The notes below the pieces were generated by a model, which was given only the letters and a program-made list of their open reading frames with translations, did no database searches and was not told the DNA's origin. A program made the position numbers and the translations under genes. DNA of 63,641 nt, filler included, from Octopus bimaculoides (taxonomy: Eukaryota), in assembly GCF_001194135.2 (NCBI RefSeq). It is 4 parts of 4 records of this genome, joined end to end, with 100 filler letters (N's around TTAATTAATTAA, not from the genome) between each part and the next. Parts side by side here need not be neighbours in the genome. Positions count along the whole stretch, not along the records: positions 31,701 to 51,205 come from NC_068985.1; positions 51,306 to 62,264 come from NC_068991.1; positions 62,365 to 63,641 come from NW_026386092.1; 1 more part is not named here. One strand, 5' to 3'. Positions 50,983-63,423 of this stretch are shown one piece after another; the first letter of the stretch is position 1, and the number at the start of each line of letters is the position of its first letter.

Positions 50983-51205
50983 TACAGCCTCAGAAGAGAT
51001 GAAATTTTTAATGAAATGAAGTTGTTGAGTTATATTTTCCTTAAGACAACAAAATGCATTTTTTTAAAAATTTTAGTTTCCTGTTGGTTTGGATAATGCT
51101 TGCAATCTTTCCTTTTTTAATTTGTTTTACAAATATTTTTATGTCAAACAACTTGTTGAAACCAATATTTTTATATTTCAGAAGAGTCACATTAGAAGGA
51201 TATAT

Positions 51206-51305
51206 NNNNNNNNNNNNNNNNNNNNNNNNNNNNNNNNNNNNNNNNNNNNTTAATTAATTAANNNNNNNNNNNNNNNNNNNNNNNNNNNNNNNNNNNNNNN
51301 NNNNN
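51206..51305. other. Artificial scaffold spacer
   Basis: 44 N + TTAATTAATTAA + 44 N. Confidence 0.95.
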
Positions 51306-51344
<39 letters not shown>

Positions 51345-51532
51345 GCATACATGCTTGCATATATATAGAGATACCGGCATACATAATACATACACGTCTA
51401 TAAATACACACATACTCACGCGTGCGCGCGTGCACAAAATACGTGCATTCACACACACAACTACACAACAGAAAGATATGCGCACACATGCAAATCGTAT
51501 ATCCCAGTAACACCGAACTGCTGCTGCTACTG

Positions 51533-51590
<58 letters not shown>

Positions 51591-52737
51591 AGAATGAACA
51601 ACAAAGAAGAAGCAACAAGCAGCTACCCACAACAATAGTGCTGTTGTTATACACGGTTGTGTCTAACACGTTACCCACCCCTCTACCTACCTACCTACCC
51701 GGCTACCTCCTCATCCACCCGTCTACCCACCCATTAACCCATCTATCCCACCCACACCCGCCCCACCATCATCCACCCACTTACCTTCCCACGCACCCGT
51801 CCCCTCAACACNNNNNNNNNNNNNNNNNNNNNNNNNNNNNNNNNNNNNNNNNNNNNNNNNNNNNNNNNNNNNNNNNNNNNNNNNNNNNNNNNNNNNNNNN
51901 NNNNNNNNNNNNNNNNNNNNNNNNNNNNNNNNNNNNNNNNNNNNNNNNNNNNNNNNNNNNNNNNNNNNNNNNNNNNNNNNNNNNNNNNNNNNNNNNNNNN
52001 NNNNNNNNNNNNNNNNNNNNNNNNNNNNNNNNNNNNNNNNNNNNNNNNNNNNNNNNNNNNNNNNNNNNNNNNNNNNNNNNNNNNNNNNNNNNNNNNNNNN
52101 NNNNNNNNNNNNNNNNNNNNNNNNNNNNNNNNNNNNNNNNNNNNNNNNNNNNNNNNNNNNNNNNNNNNNNNNNNNNNNNNNNNNNNNNNNNNNNNNNNNN
52201 NNNNNNNNNNNNNNNNNNNNNNNNNNNNNNNNNNNNNNNNNNNNNNNNNNNNNNNNNNNNNNNNNNNNNNNNNNNNNNNNNNNNNNNNNNNNNNNNNNNN
52301 NNNNNNNNNNNNNNNNNNNNNNNNNNNNNNNNNNNNNNNNNNNNNNNNNNNNNNNNNNNNNNNNNNNNNNNNNNNNNNNNNNNNNNNNNNNNNNNNNNNN
52401 NNNNNNNNNNNNNNNNNNNNNNNNNNNNNNNNNNNNNNNNNNNNNNNNNNNNNNNNNNNNNNNNNNNNNNNNNNNNNNNNNNNNNNNNNNNNNNNNNNNN
52501 NNNNNNNNNNNNNNNNNNNNNNNNNNNNNNNNNNNNNNNNNNNNNNNNNNNNNNNNNNNNNNNNNNNNNNNNNNNNNNNNNNNNNNNNNNNNNNNNNNNN
52601 NNNNNNNNNNNNNNNNNNNNNNNNNNNNNNNGTGGTGGTGGTGGTGGTGGTGGTGGTGATGGTTTGCGGCGGCGGCGGCAGCGGCAGTAGTGATAGTGGT
52701 GGTAGTGGAGGTGGTGTTGGTAGTTGTGGCGGCGGTG

Positions 52738-52783
<46 letters not shown>

Positions 52784-52989
52784 CCCTTTCTTTTCTTTTT
52801 TGTCAGAAGGGGAAGCCAAATGAAACCACTCAGGACAATAAAGGGGACAAAGAACTGTAGAGATTTACATAAACACCTGTAAACAATAAAGCAATAACGA
52901 TTAACAAGTGAATTATAACAACAAAACCCCCAAATACATGGATGGGGTAAAAAACCATAAACAAAAAAACACACACACATACAATAAGG

Positions 52990-53290
52990 GACAACGAAGG
53001 AACCCTACAAATCCAGAGCTACCCTGCTCTCCAGGAGTGTTCCTCTGTCTTCTCGGTACTTTTCAGGTTATAGGTGCGCACTTAGAAGTAGATCCATGCA
53101 TTTGGGCCATTGTCGCTACATTCAACCGCCTTCGCCATCTTAACTTTCATTTCCAAATGGAATTGTCGATGAGAAGTTGGTATAGAAATGAAGGTCGAGT
53201 CCATCGCACGACCTCTTTCGCCAGAGACACTAAACAGAGGAAAGTTGCTTCCCCTTCCTGGGCCCAAATGAAGGTGGAAGAGTGATCTTC
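52990..53290 (+). mobile_element. R4-clade LINE 3' end followed by (TAA)n
   Basis: Frameshifted LQEC..LLGTFQVI.RTL resembles the terminal LQK..LLGT..I.R..L motif; 3' UTR ends in (TAA)n. Confidence 0.55.
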
Positions 53291-53330
53291 ATTTTAATAA
53301 TAAATAATAATAATAATAATAATAATAATG

Positions 53331-53377
<47 letters not shown>

Positions 53378-53402
53378 CATGATGATGATAATAATAATGT
53401 AA

Positions 53403-53720
53403 GAGAAATGTATGATCTTGTGGGTGTTTCCTATTCAAACGGACAAGAATTTGGAAAATAATAGACCAGACATAAGGATTATAAATTGGAAAAAGCGAAT
53501 TGCTTACTGATCGACCCATCATGCCCGTTTGATTCTAGGATCGTAAAGAAAGAGGAATAAAAACAAAGAAAATAGAATCCTTGAAAATTTGAAACAGGAA
53601 GAATTAGGAGCATGTGAAGAGTAAAGGTTTTGCCTATAATAATCGGTGCGTTGGGAACAGTAGGCAATGATATACACAGATGGCTGAAGGAGATTGGAAT
53701 AGAATGCCCAATATTCGGTG
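53403..53720 (+). mobile_element. R4/Dong LINE restriction-like endonuclease remnant
   Basis: ILWVFPIQTDKNLENNRPDIRIINWKKR/LIDPSCPFDSRIVKKEE*...VLPIIIGALGTV...WLKEIGI; starts directly after (TAA)n. Confidence 0.85.
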
Positions 53721-54140
53721 GCTACATATATACATTTCAAAAGATAGTTATATTTACAACCAGAAACACCGTTCTTCGGCTGCTTTCCTGCTAGCCGCTA
53801 AATAACATTTACATATTTCATTTCCAAGTTATGAATTGTTTTCTGATATATTATATCTAATTCCTCTTTCTTACCTTTATTCGTCCAAAAGTATTCACTT
53901 GCTTAATAAATAAATTCAGAATAATAGTACGCACTCAAAGACAAGACACTTAAAAATCATCTATTTGTTGTGTATATGCATAATAGAAGATTTCGTAACT
54001 TTGTATGACTGTGAACTGGAATGCACAGCTAGTATGAACTGGAGAATATCATATTAAAAAACTTATTGTAGTTACGAATACATCTGACTATATAACGTAT
54101 TTGCTCTACATTATATTTTCGTCTATCTATATTTGCGTGG

Positions 54141-54520
54141 AGGCGCAATGGTCCAGTGGTTAGGGCAGCGGACTCGCGGTCATAGGATCGCAATTTCGAT
54201 TCCCAGACCGGGCGTTGTGAGTGTTTATTGAGCGAAAACACCTAAAGCTCCTCGAGGCTCCGGCAGGGGATGGTGACGAACCCTGCTGTACTCTTTCACC
54301 ACAACTTTCTCTCACTCTTACTTCCTGTTTCTGTTGTGCCTGTAATTCAAAGGGTCAGCCTTGTCACACTGTGTCACGCTGAATATCCCCGAGAACTACG
54401 TTAAGGGTAGACGTGTCTGTGGAGTGCTCAGCCACTTGCACGTTAATTTCACGAGCAGGCTGTTCCGTTGATCAGATCAACTGGAATCCTCGACGTCGTA
54501 AGCGACGGAGTGCTAACAAC
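54141..54520 (+). mobile_element. SINE family C, full length
   Basis: Homologous to 17352-17728 with more CpGs retained. Confidence 0.85.
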
Positions 54521-54654
54521 ATCTGTATTTGTATGTCTTAGTAATGATAACCGATATAAACACATAATTACAGAGTTAGGAAATAGTATTTTAAAATCAT
54601 ATGAACTACGATAGCATGATCTTTGATCCCAGCAAAGGAATTAACAATACACCA

Positions 54655-54979
54655 CAGTGGTTCTCAATCGGGGTCCATATGACCCTTGAAGGTCCATAAA
54701 AGATTTTGCTGTTAAAGTTTATGTGCAATAAATCGGTTATACTTTTACAGTACTCTTACTCTTTTACTCTTTTACTTGTTTCAGTCATTTGACTGTGATC
54801 ATGCTGGAGCACCACCTTAAGTCGAGCAAATCAACCCCAGGACTTATTCTTTGTAAGCCTAGTTCTTATTCTATTGGTCTCTTTTGCCGAACCGCTAAGT
54901 TACGTGGACGTAAGCATACCAGCATCGGTTGTCAAGTGATATTGAGAGGGGGGGGGGACAAACATAGACACACAAGCAT

Positions 54980-55012
<33 letters not shown>

Positions 55013-55328
55013 AACATATATACGACAGGCTTCTTTCAGTTTCCGTCTACCAAATCCACTCACAAGGCTTTGGTCGGTCCGAGGCTATAGTAGAAGACAC
55101 TAGCCCATGGTACCACGCAGTGGGAATGAACCCGGAACCATGTGGTTGGTAAGCAAGCTACTTACCACACAACCACTCACAAAATGTTTTAATTTTTTCA
55201 ATACGATTCCTAATAATATTTAATTATAAAAATACAGTAAAATTTTTTTTTACATTCATCGAATGGTTATGGTGAAGTAAAATAGAAATCGAAGGGGTCC
55301 ATAGGCAAACAATGGTCGAAAACCACTG
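54655..55328 (+). mobile_element. hAT-type MITE containing a SINE A insertion (54751-55178, -)
   Basis: TIRs CAGTGGTTCTCAA / TCGAAAACCACTG; flanks ATACACCA vs ATATAACA (6/8 match, possible 8-bp TSD). Confidence 0.75.
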
Positions 55329-56404
55329 ATATAACAGATTAGTAAATTAAATATAAGGATTAAATATCTAATAGATTTCCCGGTATAATCCTAATCATGT
55401 GCTGTAACAGTCCTATAACGGTTATTTTATTCAAAACAATGTGCGCAACAATGAAATATTTAGTTGAAAGAAAATGAGACAAGTTTATAAATAATAAGCA
55501 CAATAGGTATACGTATATTAAAACCACTTTTCTTCTTCAAAATCAACCCAATAAATATGAACGGTAACTGGAATTGACATAATTTACCCGACGCTTGATG
55601 AAATATATCGTTTGGAATAATGAATATTCATAGAAAATAACATCAAGGCGAAGAAGAAATGCTATCACGCAGTGTAAAACACAATATACGTAAATGAGTG
55701 GATAAGTTTTCTGTAGTTGAAACTAAAATAGGTAAAACCACATTTTGATAAAAAAACAAACTATATTATCATTTGAATTTTGAAGAATTTTCTAGACAGT
55801 ATAATTAGTTTCTTTTAGTGAAAGTTACTCCAAACTAATTATTAAGCAAGTTTCTTTACTATAGTATAGCTACAGATACCCACCTCATTTGTATTAGTCT
55901 GTGTATGAATGTTTACAAGTCCGTGTATGTATGTATGTATATATATGTATGTATGTATGTATGTTTGTGGAGGGTGTATGTATGTTTGTGTGTGTGTATG
56001 TATGTATGTATGTATGTGTGTGTGGGGGGGTTATATATGTATGTATGCATGCATGCATGTATGTTTGTGTGTGTGTGTGTGTACGTACGTATCTGTGTAC
56101 TTTGTGTAAACCCAAAGAATACATTAAACAACTGAATTAGGGTTTCGTTAGTTGTGCTCGCTTGAGCCCGTAACAAATAAAGAGACAATTGTTAACTTAT
56201 TACCACCACCATCACCACCACTACCACCGCCATCATGATCATCAGGATCATCATCATCAGCAGCAGCAGTAGTAGTAGTAGTAGTAGCAGCAGCACTATT
56301 ATCTATGGCATTGCAGTTGTTATTGTTCTGTAGTGCGAACGATAGTGTAAGCATATCTTTTTCTTCGCTTTATTTTATTACTCTTTTTGCAGTCTCGCTT
56401 TGTA

Positions 56405-56471
<67 letters not shown>

Positions 56472-57145
56472 TTGCTCATTGAAGAGAATTGTGTCTGGCC
56501 ATTCAGAGATTCAGTCAGCCAGATAGACAGCCACGCGGCCGACCGACCAACAAACNNNNNNNNNNNNNNNNNNNNNNNNNNNNNNNNNNNNNNNNNNNNN
56601 NNNNNNNNNNNNNNNNNNNNNNNNNNNNNNNNNNNNNNNNNNNNNNNNNNNNNNNNNNNNNNNNNNNNNNNNNNNNNNNNNNNNNNNNNNNNNNNNNNNN
56701 NNNNNNNNNNNNNNNNNNNNNNNNNNNNNNNNNNNNNNNNNNNNNNNNNNNNNNNNNNNNNNNNNNNNNNNNNNNNNNNNNNNNNNNNNNNNNNNNNNNN
56801 NNNNNNNNNNNNNNNNNNNNNNNNNNNNNNNNNNNNNNNNNNNNNNNNNNNNNNNNNNNNNNNNNNNNNNNNNNNNNNNNNNNNNNNNNNNNNNNNNNNN
56901 NNNNNNNNNNNNNNNNNNNNNNNNNNNNNNNNNNNNNNNNNNNNGTGTCTATCTCTCTCTACACAAACGCATACTTATATGTATGTATACATACATATAT
57001 ACATACATATACATACATAAACACACACACATACATATATACATGCATACATACACACAGACATATATGTACATCTATATGTAGTTATGTATGTATATAT
57101 ATACACACATGTATGTTTGTATGTATATAGAGAGATAGATAGATT

Positions 57146-57215
<70 letters not shown>

Positions 57216-57658
57216 TAGAGAGATAGATAGATAGTTATGAACAAAGAAAAATAATTCAGCAGCCAAACAAAGCCAACACACGAAAACTAAAATCACAGGA
57301 AAAACAAAAAAGATGACCAACACTAACAGCAAAAATAAACAACGACTATAACGGTAATAACGACCCCCTATCTACAACCAACGAGCCAACCAACCAACCA
57401 AACAAACAACCACTGCTTTCGCCACCGCGACCGCACGAAATAAACGAATAAAAGCGCAAGAACATGAACAATTTGAAGAACAAAACCCGAGTTGTAAAAC
57501 AACTCAGAACGAGGCTGACCGCCTTTCAACAAGTTGTTCATAACATTCTTTATCTTTGCAAAATAAGTGCGCTTAACTTCTTCAATTTTACAGTCTGCTT
57601 TCAGTTTTCTTTTCTATTTCTTCGTCTCCCCACTTCCTTACACCGGATTGTTATTTAG

Positions 57659-57894
57659 AAGCGGCTGTCTATTTATTTGACACGCTGCCTGATAATCGCC
57701 CTCCATCTTTATTAAATCCACCAAAGCTATTAGTAATATGGCCACCACTTTCTAGTACAACAACGGCCACAACGACTGCCAGTATTGCTACGTCCAACAC
57801 AACCAACATCCCAGCGGCTTCTTTTCAAATGTTTTTGATTAAAATATTTTCTATCGTTCTTTTCATCTTTTTTCTTTCTCGGTTACTTTTCTGA
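57659..57894 (+). CDS. Candidate terminal exon: EAAVYLFDTLPDNRPPSLLNPPKLLVIWPPLSSTTTATTTASIATSNTTNIPAASFQMFLIKIFSIVLFIFFLSRLLF*
   Basis: Polypyrimidine tract plus TTATTTAG acceptor; 77 further open codons with no start near the 5' end (so absent from the ORF track); S/T stalk and hydrophobic tail. Confidence 0.3.
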
Positions 57895-58513
57895 TTTACG
57901 TACAAACACACGCATGCATGTCATTATTCAGTTTATTTCAAGATTTCTTATTTCTTTATTACCCATAAGGGGCTAAACATAGAGGGGACAAGCAAGGACA
58001 GACAAAGGGATTAAGTNNNNNNNNNNNNNNNNNNNNNNNNNNNNNNNNNNNNNNNNNNNNNNNNNNNNNNNNNNNNNNNNNNNNNNNNNNNNNNNNNNNN
58101 NNNNNNNNNNNNNNNNGTATGTATGTATGTATAGGATGAATCATTCAGCTATTACTCTTGTATTCGAGATAGTCTTCGGGCGACCGTTGCATGAGACAAC
58201 TCCCTGTTTGTGAGTTAAGGCTCTGTTTGATAAATAAACAGGTCCCTCAAGGAAATCCCAAAGTAACAGACAAATAATTTTCTCCGTTGGTCTGCTAATG
58301 TTGACCGAGCATTTAAGTTAGAGGTCATGTTGAGCTTTATAAAATATATTTGATAAAAAATGAATGATAAAAAAAATACATGAATAATGTATAGGTGCAG
58401 GAGTGGTTGTTTGGTGAGAATCTTGCATCCCAACCACCTGGCTTCGGGTTCAGTCCCACTGTGTAGTACCTTGGCTTCATGAGTGGATTTTGTCCATTAT
58501 ATACATATACATA

Positions 58514-58544
<31 letters not shown>

Positions 58545-58551
58545 GTATATA

Positions 58552-58584
<33 letters not shown>

Positions 58585-58585
<1 letters not shown>

Positions 58586-58830
58586 ATTCAGGTCACTGTC
58601 TGGAATCGAACTCGGAATTCAGGCAGTGACCTGAATAATAATAATAACAACATCGAAAAATACCTTAGGAATGAGAACCCAAGTTCGACATTTCCCCAAG
58701 ACACCTGATGAAGGCTGGAGGGTGTATCAGCCGAAATGTGTTAACAGCAAACAAGATGAGGACAAATATCCGTCAATAGTATGTAATGTAAATAATGTAC
58801 ATAGTTCCTCATCTCTTAAATATAGAACTG
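58585..58830 (+). mobile_element. Composite tRNA-head/(TAA)n/hammerhead element (copy 3) with an inverted 5' duplication
   Basis: GACAC-CTGATGA-A-GGCTG...CAGCC-GAAA-T-GTGTT at 58700-58742; the head fragment is present in inverted orientation at 58585-58618. Confidence 0.85.
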
Positions 58831-59977
58831 TATTATATATATATATATATGTATGTAAGTGTGTGTGTTTATGTATATGTATATATGTGTGTGTGTGTGC
58901 GTGTGTGGACGTGTTTGTGTGTATATCGATAAATATGGTTGTGTCTCAGCGAACGCCTACCTCCACACATATACACTCGCGCGCGCGTACACTTGTGGCG
59001 GGCCAGCGGGAAGTAGGTTGCTTGATCTGAATATGGACACACACACACACACCCACACATATATATATATGGTACTTAACACAGACATCCTCACTCCGTT
59101 TACGGACGTCTGTGTGAATACATGCGTGTATCATGGGATGAGCTTCAAAATTAATTGCTTTCCATTTATCAAATAGACTTAAAACGTCTCTCATATGTAA
59201 TTGTGTGTACGTGCGCGTGTATAATTCCGGGTATATACAGGCTACAAGTGTGCCGTTTGCCTTTCATTTACTTTTTATTTATAATTTTGTATTATTTTTT
59301 TTGTTCTGTTTTTTTTTTTTTTTGAGTTTGTGTTCCTTATTCAGCTATTTAAACACGCATGAGTGCTTGTAATGTGTATACAGTCGAGCCTGCTTGAATG
59401 ACTAGTCTTTTTTTTTTAGACATAGGGGCGCGCGCATTAGAAGACACAAACCTACAANNNNNNNNNNNNNNNNNNNNNNNNNNNNNNNNNNNNNNNNNNN
59501 NNNNNNNNNNNNNNNNNNNNNNNNNNNNNNNNNNNNNNNNNNNNNNNNNNNNNNNNNNNNNNNNNNNNNNNNNNNNNNNNNNNNNNNNNNNNNNNNNNNN
59601 NNNNNNNNNNNNNNNNNNNNNNNNNNNNNNNNNNNNNNNNNNNNNNNNNNNNNNNNNNNNNNNNNNNNNNNNNNNNNNNNNNNNNNNNNNNNNNNNNNNN
59701 NNNNNNNNNNNNNNNNNNNNNNNNNNNNNNNNNNNNNNNNNNNNNNNNNNNNNNNNNNNNNNNNNNNNNNNNNNNNNNNNNNNNNNNNNNNNNNNNNNNN
59801 NNNNNNNNNNNNNNNNNNNNNNNNNNNNNNNNNNNNNNNNNNNNNNNNNNNNNNTTCTGGGTTCAGTCCTACTGTGTGGCACCTTGGGCAAGTGTCTTCT
59901 ACTATAGCTTCGGGCCTACCAAAACCTTGTGAGTGGATTAGGTAGACGGAAACTGAAAGAAGCCCGTCGTATATATG

Positions 59978-60017
<40 letters not shown>

Positions 60018-60151
60018 TGTCTGTCTGACTGACTGACTGACTGACTTTCTGTCTGTCTTTCTGTCTTTCTGTCTGTCTTTCTGTCTGTGTGATGAGTTTA
60101 TAAACAGATTGGCTGCTCGTTTCTCTGCGATTGATCAACTTGATGTAGACG

Positions 60152-60192
60152 CCTCTGATGAGACTTCAATAATATTCGAAAATCGATTAAGG
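60152..60192 (+). ncRNA. Minimal type I hammerhead ribozyme motif
   Basis: CCT-CTGATGA-GActtcaataatatTC-GAAA-ATCGAT-TA-AGG: intact core, palindromic AATCGATT, 3-bp stem I, weakened stem II. Confidence 0.55.
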
Positions 60193-61723
60193 TTATTCAT
60201 CATTCTCTATGTAGTAAGAAACAGCTAAGTTAGCCCTGTTTATAAAGAGCTATATGGTTTACACACATATATTTGTAGTCATATATTTACACACACACTC
60301 ACACTTATGTAAGCATTCATGTATGCATTCATGTGCGTACATACATACACACACAAAGAAGGTAATTTGGAATGTTCATAACTCCACTCAGGGTATCAAG
60401 TACCCGTGGTCTAACAGCAACAGATGCACAGATTCGGGAACAGGTTGTGCAGGGAATGTAAGCACACCCACTAAAATTTTTAGGAGGTGAGGAGCAATGA
60501 AGGCGCTTTGTACAGTCTTTTGAAAAACTTCATCGCCAAAATGAAAGAGCGGAGAAACCTTTTTAGACTGATTTGAAACATTGCTTTACCAATATTGTAT
60601 TTAACTGATTTGTTTGATGTAAAAATATAATGTTCCTTTCTACAGTAGGCACAAGGCCTGGAATTTCGGGGAGTGGGACAGTCGATTACCTCGATCCCAG
60701 TACTCAACTAGTACTTATTTTATCGACCTCGGAAGGATGAAGGGCAAATTCGACCTCAGCGGAATTTGAACTAAGAACGTCAAAACAGATGAAATACCAC
60801 TAAGCATTTCGCCAGGCGTGCTAACGATTTCGCCAGCTCATCGCCTTATTTTTATAAATATTTCTATATCAAACCAAACAGTTATAATCTTACAATAATT
60901 CTGTTTGTCGGTAACGCGCTAACGATTCTGCCGCCACACACACACATGATGGACTCTCCCANNNNNNNNNNTGTTTATAGCGATCAAATGTTCGTTCCAC
61001 ACATTAGCTCACTCTCTCCATCAGAGCGACGTTGTCTGAAACAGGTGCACTGTGTACCACGCATCAGGTGTCGAAATGATCGCTTAGCCACGTGAGAAGG
61101 TGGGTTTTGCTCAGGAACGCAACGCACCACCCGGTCTAGGAATTGAAATCACGATCGCTAGATCGTGAGTGCAACACTTTAACCACAAAGTCACGCACCC
61201 TCGACCCCTGCCCCTCCCCCTCACATACACACACGAGGTACTTTCAATTTCCGTCTACCAAATCAACTCACAAAGCTTTGGTCGGCCCAAAGGTGTCACG
61301 CAGTGGGGTTGAAACCGAAACCATGTAGTTAGGAAGCAAACTTCTTACCATACCAGCCACTCGAATATTGTTACTTATTTATGATAAATTTGAGATTTCA
61401 TATTCTATTCGAGTATAGTGTCACAACACTGTGTCTGCATACATAGACCCCTAAACTTTCCATTACAAAATAATTTTAAAATATCTATCAGTTGATGTAT
61501 GATGAAACATAATAAATAGCATTTTAACGAGAGTACATCTTATGTGCCGGCAAAATATGCTGTAAGCTAATAATGTAGTTTTAGTGAGATTTGGTCGTTA
61601 TTTCTAGCAGTCGCGTGACACATATAAAACCACTTTTGTAGTTTTGGTAGGAGATGTATAATATATCATTGTGTAGAAAAGAAATGAGACACAAGAGAGA
61701 TAATGATGATGATGATAATAATG

Positions 61724-61789
<66 letters not shown>

Positions 61790-62264
61790 GAGGTGCCGCA
61801 TGCGCATCGAACGGGCCAAGGAGCAGACGATATTGCAGTTACATAGATCAGAGAAACAGAGGCTGTTATAGTAAGAGTCATAGCGGTGTTGGAGGTGGCG
61901 GTTGTGTAAGAGGTAGAAAAGAGAAGGATACGAGGAATTTTAATCCATTCATGGAATCGTTTCAGATATAACCTGAAAATTCTAAAAGTTCAGTATTTTA
62001 CAAAAATTGAATTCGATTTCAAAGACATCAAAAGGATCTTGTCTCTTAGAAACCAGCTTCTGTTCTCTTAGACATCCTCAGATGAAAGAAAGAAGAAAGA
62101 GGAATACAGCCGGAACAAAAAGTATTCATTTCCATTTATGTATGTATGTATGTATGTATGTATGTACGTTAAAATGTATGTACGTATGTAAGAATGTATG
62201 TATGTTTGTATTTATGTACGTACATATGTACGAGTATGTGTGTGCATATATATATATATATATA

Positions 62265-62364
62265 NNNNNNNNNNNNNNNNNNNNNNNNNNNNNNNNNNNN
62301 NNNNNNNNTTAATTAATTAANNNNNNNNNNNNNNNNNNNNNNNNNNNNNNNNNNNNNNNNNNNN
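62265..62364. other. Artificial scaffold spacer
   Basis: 44 N + TTAATTAATTAA + 44 N. Confidence 0.95.
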
Positions 62365-62458
62365 GTTGCGTAGTTCTCGAGTTTTAGGGATTCACACAGA
62401 CAGACAGAAAGACACACAGACAGACAGACACACATTCTCATTTATATATATATAGATA
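62365..62458 (+). mobile_element. Helitron-like (Lep1/DINE-type) end
   Basis: TTCTCGAGTTTTAG, (GACA)n, CATTTATATATATATAGAT. Confidence 0.6.
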
Positions 62459-62620
62459 CAGAAAATTGCACTACTGGGTACTGCACACATTCTACGCAAA
62501 ACACTTTCAATACAGTAAACATAAGAGCACCACAGCAAACCACAGCACATACCCAAGGCGCACAGAGCTGCTCTCGGTAGTGAAGTGAAAGCACGTTATA
62601 AAAATAAAACTACTGAACAA
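62456..62620 (+). mobile_element. R4/Dong LINE 3' end
   Basis: IQKIALLGTAHILRKTLSIQ*, then a short 3' UTR and (TAA)n. Confidence 0.85.
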
Positions 62621-62659
62621 TAATAATAATAATAATAATAATAATGATGATAATAATAA

Positions 62660-63215
62660 ATGCCCTGATGCAGTACCACGCAGTTGCTCTCATGGCTTCT
62701 GATCTTAATTGATTGGAAGTGTTACCATGTATACTGTTTTGTCTTGGAATAAAAGATGGAATACAGCAAATATTTTTCTCAGTGCCACAGATTTATTTGT
62801 CAGCTGTTTGATCTTAACTAGTTGCACATGTCCCTTAATGGCTGACGATATCTGTATCTCTGATCACGAGCAGAATTAGTGGGGGAGTATCATAGCCATG
62901 TGTTGAGAGGAATTCTTTGGGGTTTGGATAATTCCCCTGTGAAAACATGGGTGTTTCATTCAACATCTTTGAACAACCCTTATTCAGGGGCCTTTTGAAT
63001 GGGATGGGCTACTCGACCCGAAGAAAATTCTAACTGGGTCCCACCTGCAAGGTCATGCATTATTTATCTTGATATGAGATCACCATGTCGCGCACATATG
63101 GTTGTGATGCATGTACCTGGTGTACCTTTATCAGACGGGTAGTCATGATGCGTATGCTGAGCTTCGTACATTTTACCCCAGTGTCACTTTGATGGCATGC
63201 ACTGCTCTCTCACTC
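62660..63215. mobile_element. Unclassified element of about 555 nt flanked by (TAA)n on both sides
   Basis: Complex non-coding sequence with sharp boundaries inside a TAA array; no TIRs and no recognisable ORF. Confidence 0.5.
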
Positions 63216-63276
<61 letters not shown>

Positions 63277-63277
<1 letters not shown>

Positions 63278-63423
63278 ATTTGAGTAACCATCAAGCAACA
63301 TGTAGTCGGAAAATATTGATAATATTTCCATTCCACAAACTACACAGTCTAAGTGAAATCGAGAGAAAAATCAAAGAAAAGAACTTTATTGATAAATTCC
63401 AGCCCAAGCTAAATAAACGATAA
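63277..63423 (+). mobile_element. Penelope-like GIY-YIG C-terminal remnant
   Basis: HLSNHQATCSRKILIIFPFHKLHSLSEIERKIKEKNFIDKFQPKLNKR* matches the R.IKE..FI.KF.P.LN end motif. Confidence 0.7.

Noticed and set aside
53200-53290. HDV-like ribozyme suggested by GGCGAA-AGAGG on the minus strand
   Set aside because: No P1 partner and the spacing is too short for the nested pseudoknot; the region is better explained as a plus-strand LINE 3' UTR.
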